Assembly: GCA_029974985.1 (NCBI GenBank)
Contig: JARKQC010000203.1
Location: 458 to 64,457 of the forward strand
Origin: Bacteroidota bacterium
GTDB lineage: Bacteria; Bacteroidota; Ignavibacteria; Kapaibacteriales; UBA2268
Direction of reading: 5' to 3'
DNA length: 64,000 bases
Shown: positions 48,976-58,900 of the stretch, piece by piece
Position numbering within the stretch: the first letter of the stretch is position 1
Layout: each line of letters starts with the position of its first letter
Notes under the pieces: generated by a model
Told to the model about the DNA's origin: nothing
The model's database searches: none
Seen by the model: the letters and a program-made list of their open reading frames with translations, nothing else
Made by a program: the position numbers and the translations under genes

Positions 48976-51900
48976 ATGAAGAAGCTTTTACTTCTTGTAA
49001 CTCTTATGCTCGGACTCATCGTAAGTTTTGCTTTTGCAAAGGATAAGGAGTCAGACGAAGAAGAGCTGCTTAGAAAAAGCACTTTGAAAGAACCACCCCA
49101 ATTTAACTCTGGTTCTACAAGCTTCCCTCGAAATTTTACTCCAAATGCACAGTGGACACAGCCCACAAATGCAGCAATTTCGACTGGGTATTATTGGATA
49201 GACGACCGTGAAAATTTGAATCCTCAACTATTTCCCGGTATGAAGCCAGCACATTCACGCGCTGATACAAACTATCAGCCAGAAATGTGGAGAAAAATTG
49301 TTCCAGGTCCAAGAATGCTACCTAAAGAGTATTGGACAAATAATAAAGCGGAAGGTTTGGCATTTTTCCGTCAGCCTTTTGATGCAGATTTTTGGAATTC
49401 TCCATCAGATTCAACTGATAATGCAATTGCAGGTCCAATTCCTATCGGTATTCGAGGTGGATTTTATTTCAATGGTCTGCGTTTTGACTCATTTTATGTA
49501 TCTACAAACGGGGTTATATCTTTGTCTAATAGAAGATATTTTTATGATGCAAATGGTAATCGTGTAATTCCTCCTGGTGCTACAAGTGCTTATGACCCAA
49601 TGTCAATGGACTGGTTTGCTGGTGGTACACGTGGTCATGATACATTATGGGTAAGAACTTGGGATGATTCACAAGATTCGATTTATATTACTGGTCCAAA
49701 TATGGGCAAACGTATTCCTTTATTAGATGGAAATGGAAATATTCAATATAAAAACGGTTTGAAAGATCCTGTTCCAGATAATTTTGGTTATCAGTTTGCT
49801 GCACTTGGAATAGATCCAATTAATTTTAGTGGTAATTCAGCTACCTCTGGTATTCGTGGTACTGGTGGTGATTTAGCTACTGCTATTAATTTAAATTGTA
49901 AAACTCCATTAATTGCAGTATTTTGGGGTGATTTAGTGTTATCTCAATATAACCCAGACACTAAATTAAAAGATGAGCATGGATATGTGTTCTATAAAAG
50001 AACTTATACAAATGACTCATTAATTATTGCATATTTTAATGCACAGCCAAAAGGTGCCATTGCTACACCATTTGGTAGTGTAAATATTAATCCAGATACA
50101 AGACCATACTCAACTAACTATGTAACTGCAAATGCTCACGTTGTTCTTTCGGCTGTTGACTCAAGTATTACAATCCACTATACTAGAGTTTCAGATAGAA
50201 TAACAACTACATATCGCCCTGTTCCAGGTGGTGAGGTGTTCAAATATAATACTACTTGTGGTGTTCGTGGTTTTGCTCGCCACGTAAATTTTGGTAAAGG
50301 TGGATTGCCAGAAGGTCAACCTTGGGGCGGCGAATATTTACAAACAACTACATATTTCCAAAGATATCAAGTTTATAATCCAGCTATTGAGTATCCTTAT
50401 ACTGGTACAACAGTAAAATTTAAACAATGGCAAAATACTTTACGCGTGCATGATGTTGCATATCGCGTAAGAAGTAAAGATCCTAAAGCAGATAATCCAA
50501 CTGATTTTGTTACAGAACTTAAATCAGATGAAATTTCAGATTATGAATTATTAGCTGGACACGAAAGACTCGGCGCTATTCAACCAGTTGCTATAATTCA
50601 AAACCTCACAAATGAAATTCAAGGTCCATCTGGAGTTAATTTTGTTAAACAATCACTAAATTTCCGTGGTCGTTTCCAAATTAGAAATACAATTACTAAT
50701 AGAGTTATTTATAACCGTTTAGTTCCCGTTGATGCTCTTTGTATGGGTTTGAGCGATAGCCCAGAAGATGCGGCAAAATGTAATGGTGATCCAACTGTAA
50801 GAGTACGTTTAGCTAATTATAATGGTGATAATATCAATATTATAAATAATTTCCAAGCTACAGGTTTTAATGGTGTACCTCCATATTATTTCGCAAGAAT
50901 AGTATTCCCACCATTTGAAGCTAACGAATTTATTGATAACCATATAGGAAGGATGCGTTCATTCGTTATCGCTGAGCCAGTAAATCCAGTAAGCGGTGAA
51001 AAATTACGTGATAATTGGCCTTTTGATGACTCATCAAAAGTTACATTATTTGTAATGAGAAGATATTATGATAATCACCCAAATCCAGAATTTAGAAAAT
51101 TTGAAGATGATGGTAGCCAATGGCATATTGACCTCGAATCTGGTGATAATATTCCTTCAGCATGGAAATGGGTAAATATTAATGCACAGATGGTTTCTGG
51201 TGATGCTGTTTCTAAATATCCGTTATCGCCACGTAAACTTGATACTGCTCATAATTATTTCTTAGGTGCTATGAATAATGCAATTACTTTAAGCGCCCCA
51301 GTAATAAAAATGAATCGTTTACAAATTGATGACTTTTCTGAGCCACTTAAAAAATATCAAGATAGTCGTGGTCTTGGTGGTGATGAGATTCGTTCATTCC
51401 CAATTGATTTATCTGGGAAACCAAATCCTATAATAACACTTTCTATTCAAAGAGTTATTCATAGAGAAGATTGGGCAAGAGATTATAGTGAAGAATTACT
51501 CGTTGGACCAGAGCCAAGAGTTACAGTTGCTGGACTTCCATTAACAGTATATAATAATAATAATGCCGCAAGTGCAGTTCCAGATGAAATATGCGTTGAA
51601 TTTGCAAAGCCTTCTGATGATGGAATTGACAGAATAACAAATATTAAACAAGATGACTGGAGACACTTACCATACAGACGTGGAACAAAAGATGCCGCTT
51701 TAACTAAACAAGCACCACTTACATTATATGGTGCAGGTGGTTATTTGATAGGATTCCTCGAAACAGATAAAGACTCTACATTGAATTTACCTGGCACTCC
51801 AGCTGGCGCTATTAACTCATTAAGATATAATAGATTTGATGATGGTATTGACTTGGAATATCAAAAATTTGCTATTCCAGTGCCAGATACATTCATATTA

Positions 51901-53835
51901 TGGAAAAATCAAGGCGCTAAATATTTTAGATTTAGAGTTAAAGTATATGCTGGTAATGACAAAAAATGTATGCAATGTATTAGTGATGACGCGGACGATT
52001 TCTTTGTAGATAATATTAAAATTCTTTACAGAGCAGAAGTTACAGATATTGAAGTATCATCAGTAAAAGTATCTTGGCCTTATACAATTGTTCCAGCTTC
52101 ACAAGCAACCTCTATTCCTATAACAGTTAGATTATCTAACAATACAGATATCGATGCTCCTAACTTTTCAATTAAAGTAAAAATATTTAGAGCAAACGAA
52201 AAAGGCGATCCAATAGAAAGAGATCCTATATATTGCCGTACACAAAACATCTCTAATTTAGTACGTCGCGGTACATTAGACCAAATTATGCCACCTTGGA
52301 ATGCTCGTAAAAGTTTAAGAGATACCGTGCAATATTTCAGACTTGTTTCAATGATAATGATGAATGAGCCAGATTTAGTTCCAACTAATGATACAACATT
52401 CTCAGTATTTACACTTAGAGTAGGTCGTGTATTTGCTTACGATCCACCAGATGAATCACCTACTAACTCATTAGGAGCTTCTGGTCTTAATTTAATGCTA
52501 CCTACATTACAATCTGGACAACCACGTTCAGGTCCAACTTGGGATGGTACTTTCGATACAAGAGGTGCTGTCGGTGGATCTGGCTCTGGTGCAGTAGCTG
52601 TAAAATTTAACTTGTTAAACTCTGATACATTACGCGGATACTCAATATTATGGGGCGCTTTAAATAGAGCGGCCGACCAAACAACTATGTCTTTATTTAG
52701 CGGTGGTGAAAGATTACCGAACGCGTCAAATCGTATTTATTCAGAAATTACTACACGTGGTGGAAAGAACTTTGCTAACGTTTATGGACGTTATGTTGAT
52801 TATGTATTTGCAAAACCAATAGTATTAGCTAAAGGAACATATTGGATTAGTATTTCTCAAGATGGTGAGACCGGTATGGAACTCGGTGTTTCTAAATCAA
52901 GAAGTGCTCAAAGAACTACAAATACTTATGTTTCACCATCAGGTATTTGGGGTGAAGCAGGTACATCATTAAATATTGATAAAAACTTCCGTAAAATGCA
53001 AAGTGGTAATTTAGTAAATGATAACTTCTTTGCTATGCAAAATGTTGCAGGTTCGTTAGAATGGCTTGAATTTACACCAACAGTTGGTAACCCAGCTTAT
53101 GGTAACTTAAACCATTATGGCGCACCCGTTGACCCACAAACTCAAACATTGACACGTGGTTCTTGGATACCTATGTTACGTCCATATTTCGGACCTAAAG
53201 GATTTGGCGAAGCTGTAAATGAATTCGAATGGTGCCCAGATGATATTCCAGTAGAATTATATACATTTACTGGAAGTGTTCGTCCTGCTGGTATTGATTT
53301 ATATTGGGAAACAGCATCTGAACTTAATAACTATGGCTTCTTTGTAGAAAGAAGAGAAGCAAGTAAAGAAGAAGAATTTAGACAAATAGGATTTGTTGCT
53401 GGTAATGGTAATTCATCTACTATTAGTCGTTATAACTTCTTAGATAAAGATGTAAAAGTTAAACAAACTTATGAATATCGCTTACGTCAAGTAGATAAAG
53501 ACGGTACTCAAGAATGCTTTACATCTGAAATTGTAACTCTTACTTATGATAAAATTGGTGACCTTGTTCTCGAACAAAATACACCAAATCCATTTGCTAG
53601 TACAACATTAATTAGCTTCAACGTGCCAAGCCCACAAGCTATAAAACTTGAAGTAATTGATTTATTTGGTAATGTGGTAAGAGTACTTGCTAACGAAAAT
53701 CTTACAGCTCAAAAACATTCATTCATTTTTGATGGAAATGATAATAATGGAAAACAATTACCAAGCGGTAGTTATATCTATAGATTATCTTCTGAAAATG
53801 AAGTTTTAACTGGTAAGATGAGCATTGTACGTTAA
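48976..53835 (+). CDS. Giant secreted T9SS cargo protein, paralog 1 (1619 aa), unknown function
   Basis: Signal peptide MKKLLLLVTLMLGLIVSFAFA. NIDO-like segment GPIPIGIRGGFYFNGLRFDSFYVSTNGVISL. C-terminus VELYTFTG..GIDLYWETASELNNYGFFVERR..., then LEQNTPNPFASTTLISFNV...LPSGSYIYRLS, a T9SS/FlgD-Ig-like CTD. Confidence 0.88.
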   Translation: MKKLLLLVTLMLGLIVSFAFAKDKESDEEELLRKSTLKEPPQFNSGSTSFPRNFTPNAQWTQPTNAAISTGYYWIDDRENLNPQLFPGMKPAHSRADTNYQPEMWRKIVPGPRMLPKEYWTNNKAEGLAFFRQPFDADFWNSPSDSTDNAIAGPIPIGIRGGFYFNGLRFDSFYVSTNGVISLSNRRYFYDANGNRVIPPGATSAYDPMSMDWFAGGTRGHDTLWVRTWDDSQDSIYITGPNMGKRIPLLDGNGNIQYKNGLKDPVPDNFGYQFAALGIDPINFSGNSATSGIRGTGGDLATAINLNCKTPLIAVFWGDLVLSQYNPDTKLKDEHGYVFYKRTYTNDSLIIAYFNAQPKGAIATPFGSVNINPDTRPYSTNYVTANAHVVLSAVDSSITIHYTRVSDRITTTYRPVPGGEVFKYNTTCGVRGFARHVNFGKGGLPEGQPWGGEYLQTTTYFQRYQVYNPAIEYPYTGTTVKFKQWQNTLRVHDVAYRVRSKDPKADNPTDFVTELKSDEISDYELLAGHERLGAIQPVAIIQNLTNEIQGPSGVNFVKQSLNFRGRFQIRNTITNRVIYNRLVPVDALCMGLSDSPEDAAKCNGDPTVRVRLANYNGDNINIINNFQATGFNGVPPYYFARIVFPPFEANEFIDNHIGRMRSFVIAEPVNPVSGEKLRDNWPFDDSSKVTLFVMRRYYDNHPNPEFRKFEDDGSQWHIDLESGDNIPSAWKWVNINAQMVSGDAVSKYPLSPRKLDTAHNYFLGAMNNAITLSAPVIKMNRLQIDDFSEPLKKYQDSRGLGGDEIRSFPIDLSGKPNPIITLSIQRVIHREDWARDYSEELLVGPEPRVTVAGLPLTVYNNNNAASAVPDEICVEFAKPSDDGIDRITNIKQDDWRHLPYRRGTKDAALTKQAPLTLYGAGGYLIGFLETDKDSTLNLPGTPAGAINSLRYNRFDDGIDLEYQKFAIPVPDTFILWKNQGAKYFRFRVKVYAGNDKKCMQCISDDADDFFVDNIKILYRAEVTDIEVSSVKVSWPYTIVPASQATSIPITVRLSNNTDIDAPNFSIKVKIFRANEKGDPIERDPIYCRTQNISNLVRRGTLDQIMPPWNARKSLRDTVQYFRLVSMIMMNEPDLVPTNDTTFSVFTLRVGRVFAYDPPDESPTNSLGASGLNLMLPTLQSGQPRSGPTWDGTFDTRGAVGGSGSGAVAVKFNLLNSDTLRGYSILWGALNRAADQTTMSLFSGGERLPNASNRIYSEITTRGGKNFANVYGRYVDYVFAKPIVLAKGTYWISISQDGETGMELGVSKSRSAQRTTNTYVSPSGIWGEAGTSLNIDKNFRKMQSGNLVNDNFFAMQNVAGSLEWLEFTPTVGNPAYGNLNHYGAPVDPQTQTLTRGSWIPMLRPYFGPKGFGEAVNEFEWCPDDIPVELYTFTGSVRPAGIDLYWETASELNNYGFFVERREASKEEEFRQIGFVAGNGNSSTISRYNFLDKDVKVKQTYEYRLRQVDKDGTQECFTSEIVTLTYDKIGDLVLEQNTPNPFASTTLISFNVPSPQAIKLEVIDLFGNVVRVLANENLTAQKHSFIFDGNDNNGKQLPSGSYIYRLSSENEVLTGKMSIVR

Positions 53836-53883
53836 TTTTATTTATAAAAAAATTAACTAAATGTTAAGCTAAATTCGTTCAAT

Positions 53884-53923
53884 ATTCAGCCCTTTACTCT
53901 CAAAGAAAGGTAAGGGGCTGAAT
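53884..53923 (+). terminator. Rho-independent terminator after giant paralog 1
   Basis: attcagccctttac-tctcaaagaaag-gtaaggggctgaat forms a stem with one G-U pair, followed by ttatt. Confidence 0.65.
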
Positions 53924-53948
53924 TTATTAAAAATTTAATAAGAATTTT

Positions 53949-54007
53949 TATGTAAAAAATAATAATATCAAAATAATGTAATATTTTTGTACATTATTTT
54001 TTACATA
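53949..54007. promoter_or_regulatory. Perfect 15-bp inverted repeat bracketing a -7-like box upstream of the 563-aa gene
   Basis: tatgtaaaaaataat (53949-53963) and attattttttacata (53993-54007) are exact reverse complements with a 29-nt spacer. The spacer contains TAttTTTG at 53982-53989. Confidence 0.4.
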
Positions 54008-54151
54008 AGTATTTAAAAATAAATTATGAAAAAATAAAATTTGAATTAATATTATAAATAAAAGAATAATTATAATTGATATAGTAAAAAAATGTTTATT
54101 TTATAATATTGTAAAATTATTTATTAAGAAAATAAATCAAGGTAAATAGTA

Positions 54152-55843
54152 ATGGAAATTAAAGGGTCAAAAATTCTTGTATTAGGCGGTTGGGGCTTAG
54201 TAGGCTCAGCTGTTTGTAGAAAGCTGATGGAAAATAATCCAGCTCAATTAATGGTATCTTCATTAAAACAATCCGAAGCCGAAGACGCAATCGAGCAGTT
54301 ACGTAAGGAATATCCCGATTCAAATCCAGAAATGTTTGTACCTAAATGGGGTAATATTTTTACTCGACAAGATTGGAAAGATATTGACTTTAATGAAGTT
54401 TTAACTAATTCCGAAAAAAGAAAAATACAAATTCGAGATATATTTAATGAATTATCTGAAGATATAGTAAAAAATTCTGCTTTATATAATTTAATAATAG
54501 AATCTAAACCAGATATTGTAATTGATTGTATTAATACAGCTACTGCAATTGCCTATCTTAATATATATAATACAGTTACTAACGCACTTAAACGAATTGA
54601 AGAAGATTCAATTGATGATTCTGTAGTTGAGAACATTATTGCAAGTTCATATATCCCACAATTAATTAGACATATTCAGCTTTTATATCGCGGATTAATA
54701 GATACAAACTCAAAATTTTATTTTAAAATTGGAACAAGTGGCACTGGTGGTATGGGATTTAATATTCCTTATACTCATAGCGAAGAAAGGCCTTCGAGAG
54801 TGTTATTATCTAAAAATGCTGTTGCAGGAGCACAAAGTTTATTACTCTTTGCACTTGCAAGAACGCCAAATGGACCAATAGTAAAAGAAATCAAACCAAC
54901 CGCTTCGATTGCTTGGAAAAAAATTGCTTATGGAGATGTAAAACGCCGTGGAAAAGCAATTGAACTTGTTGATATGGATTTTTCTAATGCAAAAAATATT
55001 AATGATTATTTCATTTTTGATGATATAGAAAATGTAAATTTAACGGGTGAAAATTTTAAATCTGTCTTTATTGATACTGGTGAAAATGGTATTTTCTCTC
55101 GTGGCGAGTTTCAAGCAATTAGTTCACTTGGACAAATGGAAATAATTACTCCAGAAGAAATTGCCGAATATCTTGTTTACGAAATAAAAGGTGGTAATAC
55201 TGGTAAAGATATTATTCAAGGATTAGATGCATTTACTATGGGACCAACTTATCGTGGCGGGATGCTAAGAAATGTTGCAATGGAAAAATTAGATGAATTA
55301 GAAAAAGAGCATAATGTAAATAGTGTAGCCTTTGAATTGCTTGGACCTCCAAGATTATCCAAATTGTTATATGAGGCATATTTGTTAAAATGTATTACTG
55401 AAAAAATGAAAAATGTTGCAAATTATAGTGCTAAAGAATTATCATTAAAAGCCGAAGAGCTTTTGAAAAATGATAATCAATTACGAAAACAAATATTATC
55501 AATAGGATTAGCAATACTTTTAAATAATGGAAAAAATTATTTAAGGGGTAAAGACATAAAAATTCCTGTTAGACGCGGAGTGACAAAACTTGAGTTTACG
55601 CCAGAAAATATTAATCAATGGTGTTATGATGGCTGGATAGACCTAAGAGAATCAAATTTTGAAATTTGGAAAGAAAGAATAAATACAATAATGGAACAGT
55701 CAAATTCATTACCTACTGACACGACAAGCTCAAGATATACTTATACAAATAAATTCTGGGGCAATTTCGAGGAAATTAATGAAGGCAAAATTGTGGGCTG
55801 GATTTTTGAATATGAAGATAAAGGTTGGCGTTTTAAACGTTAA
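54152..55843 (+). CDS. NAD(P)-binding Rossmann-fold protein of unknown function (563 aa)
   Basis: N-terminal KILVLGGWGLVGSAVCRKL (GxGxxG) followed by an acidic/Ser beta2 end. DIVIDCINTA and GTSGTGGMGFNIPYTH also occur. The large C-terminal region has no recognised motifs. Confidence 0.6.
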   Translation: MEIKGSKILVLGGWGLVGSAVCRKLMENNPAQLMVSSLKQSEAEDAIEQLRKEYPDSNPEMFVPKWGNIFTRQDWKDIDFNEVLTNSEKRKIQIRDIFNELSEDIVKNSALYNLIIESKPDIVIDCINTATAIAYLNIYNTVTNALKRIEEDSIDDSVVENIIASSYIPQLIRHIQLLYRGLIDTNSKFYFKIGTSGTGGMGFNIPYTHSEERPSRVLLSKNAVAGAQSLLLFALARTPNGPIVKEIKPTASIAWKKIAYGDVKRRGKAIELVDMDFSNAKNINDYFIFDDIENVNLTGENFKSVFIDTGENGIFSRGEFQAISSLGQMEIITPEEIAEYLVYEIKGGNTGKDIIQGLDAFTMGPTYRGGMLRNVAMEKLDELEKEHNVNSVAFELLGPPRLSKLLYEAYLLKCITEKMKNVANYSAKELSLKAEELLKNDNQLRKQILSIGLAILLNNGKNYLRGKDIKIPVRRGVTKLEFTPENINQWCYDGWIDLRESNFEIWKERINTIMEQSNSLPTDTTSSRYTYTNKFWGNFEEINEGKIVGWIFEYEDKGWRFKR

Positions 55844-55912
55844 AAATATAATATGAAATTAAATAATAAAATAATAATAATTATGTTTTACAAATTTATT
55901 GGGGTTTTTTAA

Positions 55913-58900
55913 ATGAAGAATCTCTTACTGCTTATAGCAATTAGTTTTGGAATGATTGTTGGCATATCTTATGCCAAGGATAAAGAAACTAATGAAGAAG
56001 AGCTGCTAAGAAAAAGTCAGTTGACCGAAGGTGCATATTTTCAATCCGGTTTGACAAGTTTCCCAAGAAACTTCGCACCGACCTCTGCTTGGTCAACTCC
56101 TACAAATGCGGCTATTTCTACAGGCTATTATTGGGTTGATGACAGAGAGATGCTTGATGATATGCTATTTCCGAATATGCGCCCATCACCATCAAAAATT
56201 GATACAGGATATCAACCTGAATTATGGAGAAAAATTTTAGCAGGTCCGAGAATGAAACCTGCTACTTATTGGCAAACAAATAAATCAGAAGGTTTGCCTT
56301 TTTTCAGACAGCCAGCTGATGGTGATAAAGATGGGGATTTCTTTTTGCAACCGACTGACTCAGTTGATGAAGCAATTGCTGGTCCTATTCCTTTAGGTAT
56401 GAATGGTGGTTTTTATTTTAATGGTATAAGATATGATTCATTTTATGTATCAACTAATGGTTTGATAGCTCTTACTAATAGAAGATATTTTTATGATGAA
56501 AATGGAAATAGAACAATACCAAATGGCTCTACAAGCGCTTACGATCCAATGTCAATGGATTGGTTTGCTGGTGGTTTTAGAGGACACGATACATTATGGG
56601 TAAGAAAATGGGACAACTCAGCGGATTCAGTAGATCGTGATTTGAAGAAAATTCCTGTTAAAGATGAGAATGGAGTTATCTTATTTAAAAATGGTTTGAA
56701 CGACCCAGCAGTTGATAATTTTGGTTATCAATTCTCTGTTTTAGGTGCAAACCCCGTAACTACTGGTTGGGATAGAAAAGTAACTACAAACGGTATTCGA
56801 ACTCGTGGTGGCGATTTATTGTCTGGTATTGACCCAAATTCAAGAACTGCTATGATTGCTGTATTTTGGGGTGATTTAGTTTTATCTCAATATAATCCTA
56901 CTACAAAAAATAATGAAGAACATGGTAAAGTAATGTATAAACGCTCATCGAATAAAGATTCTTTGATAATTGCGATTTACAATGCACAACCCAAAGGACG
57001 CTTAATTGCGGCTTTAAACTTAGCGGCTGGACAAGGTTATACAACTGAAATACCAGCTAATACTCGCCCCGGTGATGAATCTTATGCTACAGCCGATGCA
57101 CATGTTGTATTATCTAATGTTGACTCAAGTATTACTATTCATTATACAAGAATATCAGATAGTGTTACTTACCTTGACCCTAATACTGGTATATATATGA
57201 AAGCTCATGCACGTGAAATTTTCAGATATAATACTACTGCTGGAGTTCGCGGATTTGCTCGACACGTTGGTTTTGGTAAAGGCGGATTACCTCCTTATCA
57301 ACCTTGGGCTGGTGAATATATTCAAGCAACTACTTATTGGGATAGATATTACTCTGATACATTAAATCCAGAAGTAATGTATCCAAATTCAATGTCAGCA
57401 GTAAAATTTAAACAATGGAAAAATACTTTAAGAGTTCAATCTCTAAATTATAGAATCAGAAATCAAGCTGTTGGTGCTGGTGATACAACTTCTTTTGTTA
57501 TTACTGTACCAGATGCTAACGCTGATGATTATGAGTTACTTGCTGGCCATAGTAGATTAGGACAAATTCAACCATTTGCAATAGTTCAGAATTTAACAAA
57601 CGAAATTCAAGGACCTTCGGGGATTAATTTTGTTAAACAAGACCATACTTTTAGAGTTCGTTTCTTAATTAGAAATTCTGTAACAGGTAGGTCAATTTAT
57701 AATAGAGTTGTTCCCGTTAATGCAAAATGCTTGAGTTTAGCAGATAATAGAGCAGTTGAATGTAATGGCGATCCTAATATTCGTGTAAGACTCGTTCGTG
57801 GTACAACCGTATTAACAAACAATGATTTTATAAATCTTGGTTTTACTGGTATTCCAGCATATTATGGTGTGCAAGTACAATTTCCACCATTTGAACCAAA
57901 TCAATTTATTGATGAACATATTGGTAAAATGAAGGCTATTGCAGTTGCAGAGCCAATTAATCCTGCTACAAATACAGCTTATGAAGATAATTGGCCCTTC
58001 GATGATACACTTAAAACTACAATGCACGTTATGAGAAGATATTATGACAAACATCCAGACCCAAGATTTAGAGTGTTTGATGATGACGTTAGTGAGTTCT
58101 TCTATGACTTAGAAAATGGCGATTATATTCCTTCTGTTTGGAAATGGGTAAATATTAATGCGAATGTTGTATCAGGTAACGATGTTTCTAAATATCCTTT
58201 ACCACCAAGAAGATATGATACCGCGGCTAATTATTTTCTTGAAGTACCAAATGCTTTGAAAGTATTACATTCACCAACAATAAGAATGAATCGTGTTCAA
58301 CGTGCAAATGGTGCTGAACCATTAGCAAGATTTGGCGATAATAGATCACCACAACGTAATGGTGATGAAATACGCTCATTCCCAATTGATTTACGTGGTA
58401 AAAAAGGAACAGTTTTAACATTATCAGTTCAAAGAACAGCTTATAATCCAGATATTAAACGTGGATTTGCAGATAAATTACTTGTTGGACCAGAGCCAAG
58501 AGTAGTACGTCAAGGTAATGTTTTAAATCCATATTTACTTGGTAATTCAGTAAGTAGCTTGCCAGATGAATTAGTTGTTGAATTTGCAAAACCTTCTGAT
58601 GACGGTATTAATGGTATTACAAATATTCCATTAACTAATTGGAGACATCATCCATATAGAAGAGGTACTGCATTATATGCTCGTACTGATATGGCAGCAC
58701 TAACTCTTTATGGTGCTGGTGGATATTTGATAGGCTTCTTAGAAAAAGATAAGGATTCTGTGTTAGCTCCTCCGGGTGCAGCGGCTTCTGGATTAATTAA
58801 TTCTTTGAGAGCTGACTTATATGATGATGGATTTGACTTAGAATATAAGAAATTTGCTATTCCAATTCCAGATACATTTATTAATTGGAGAAATAACGGT

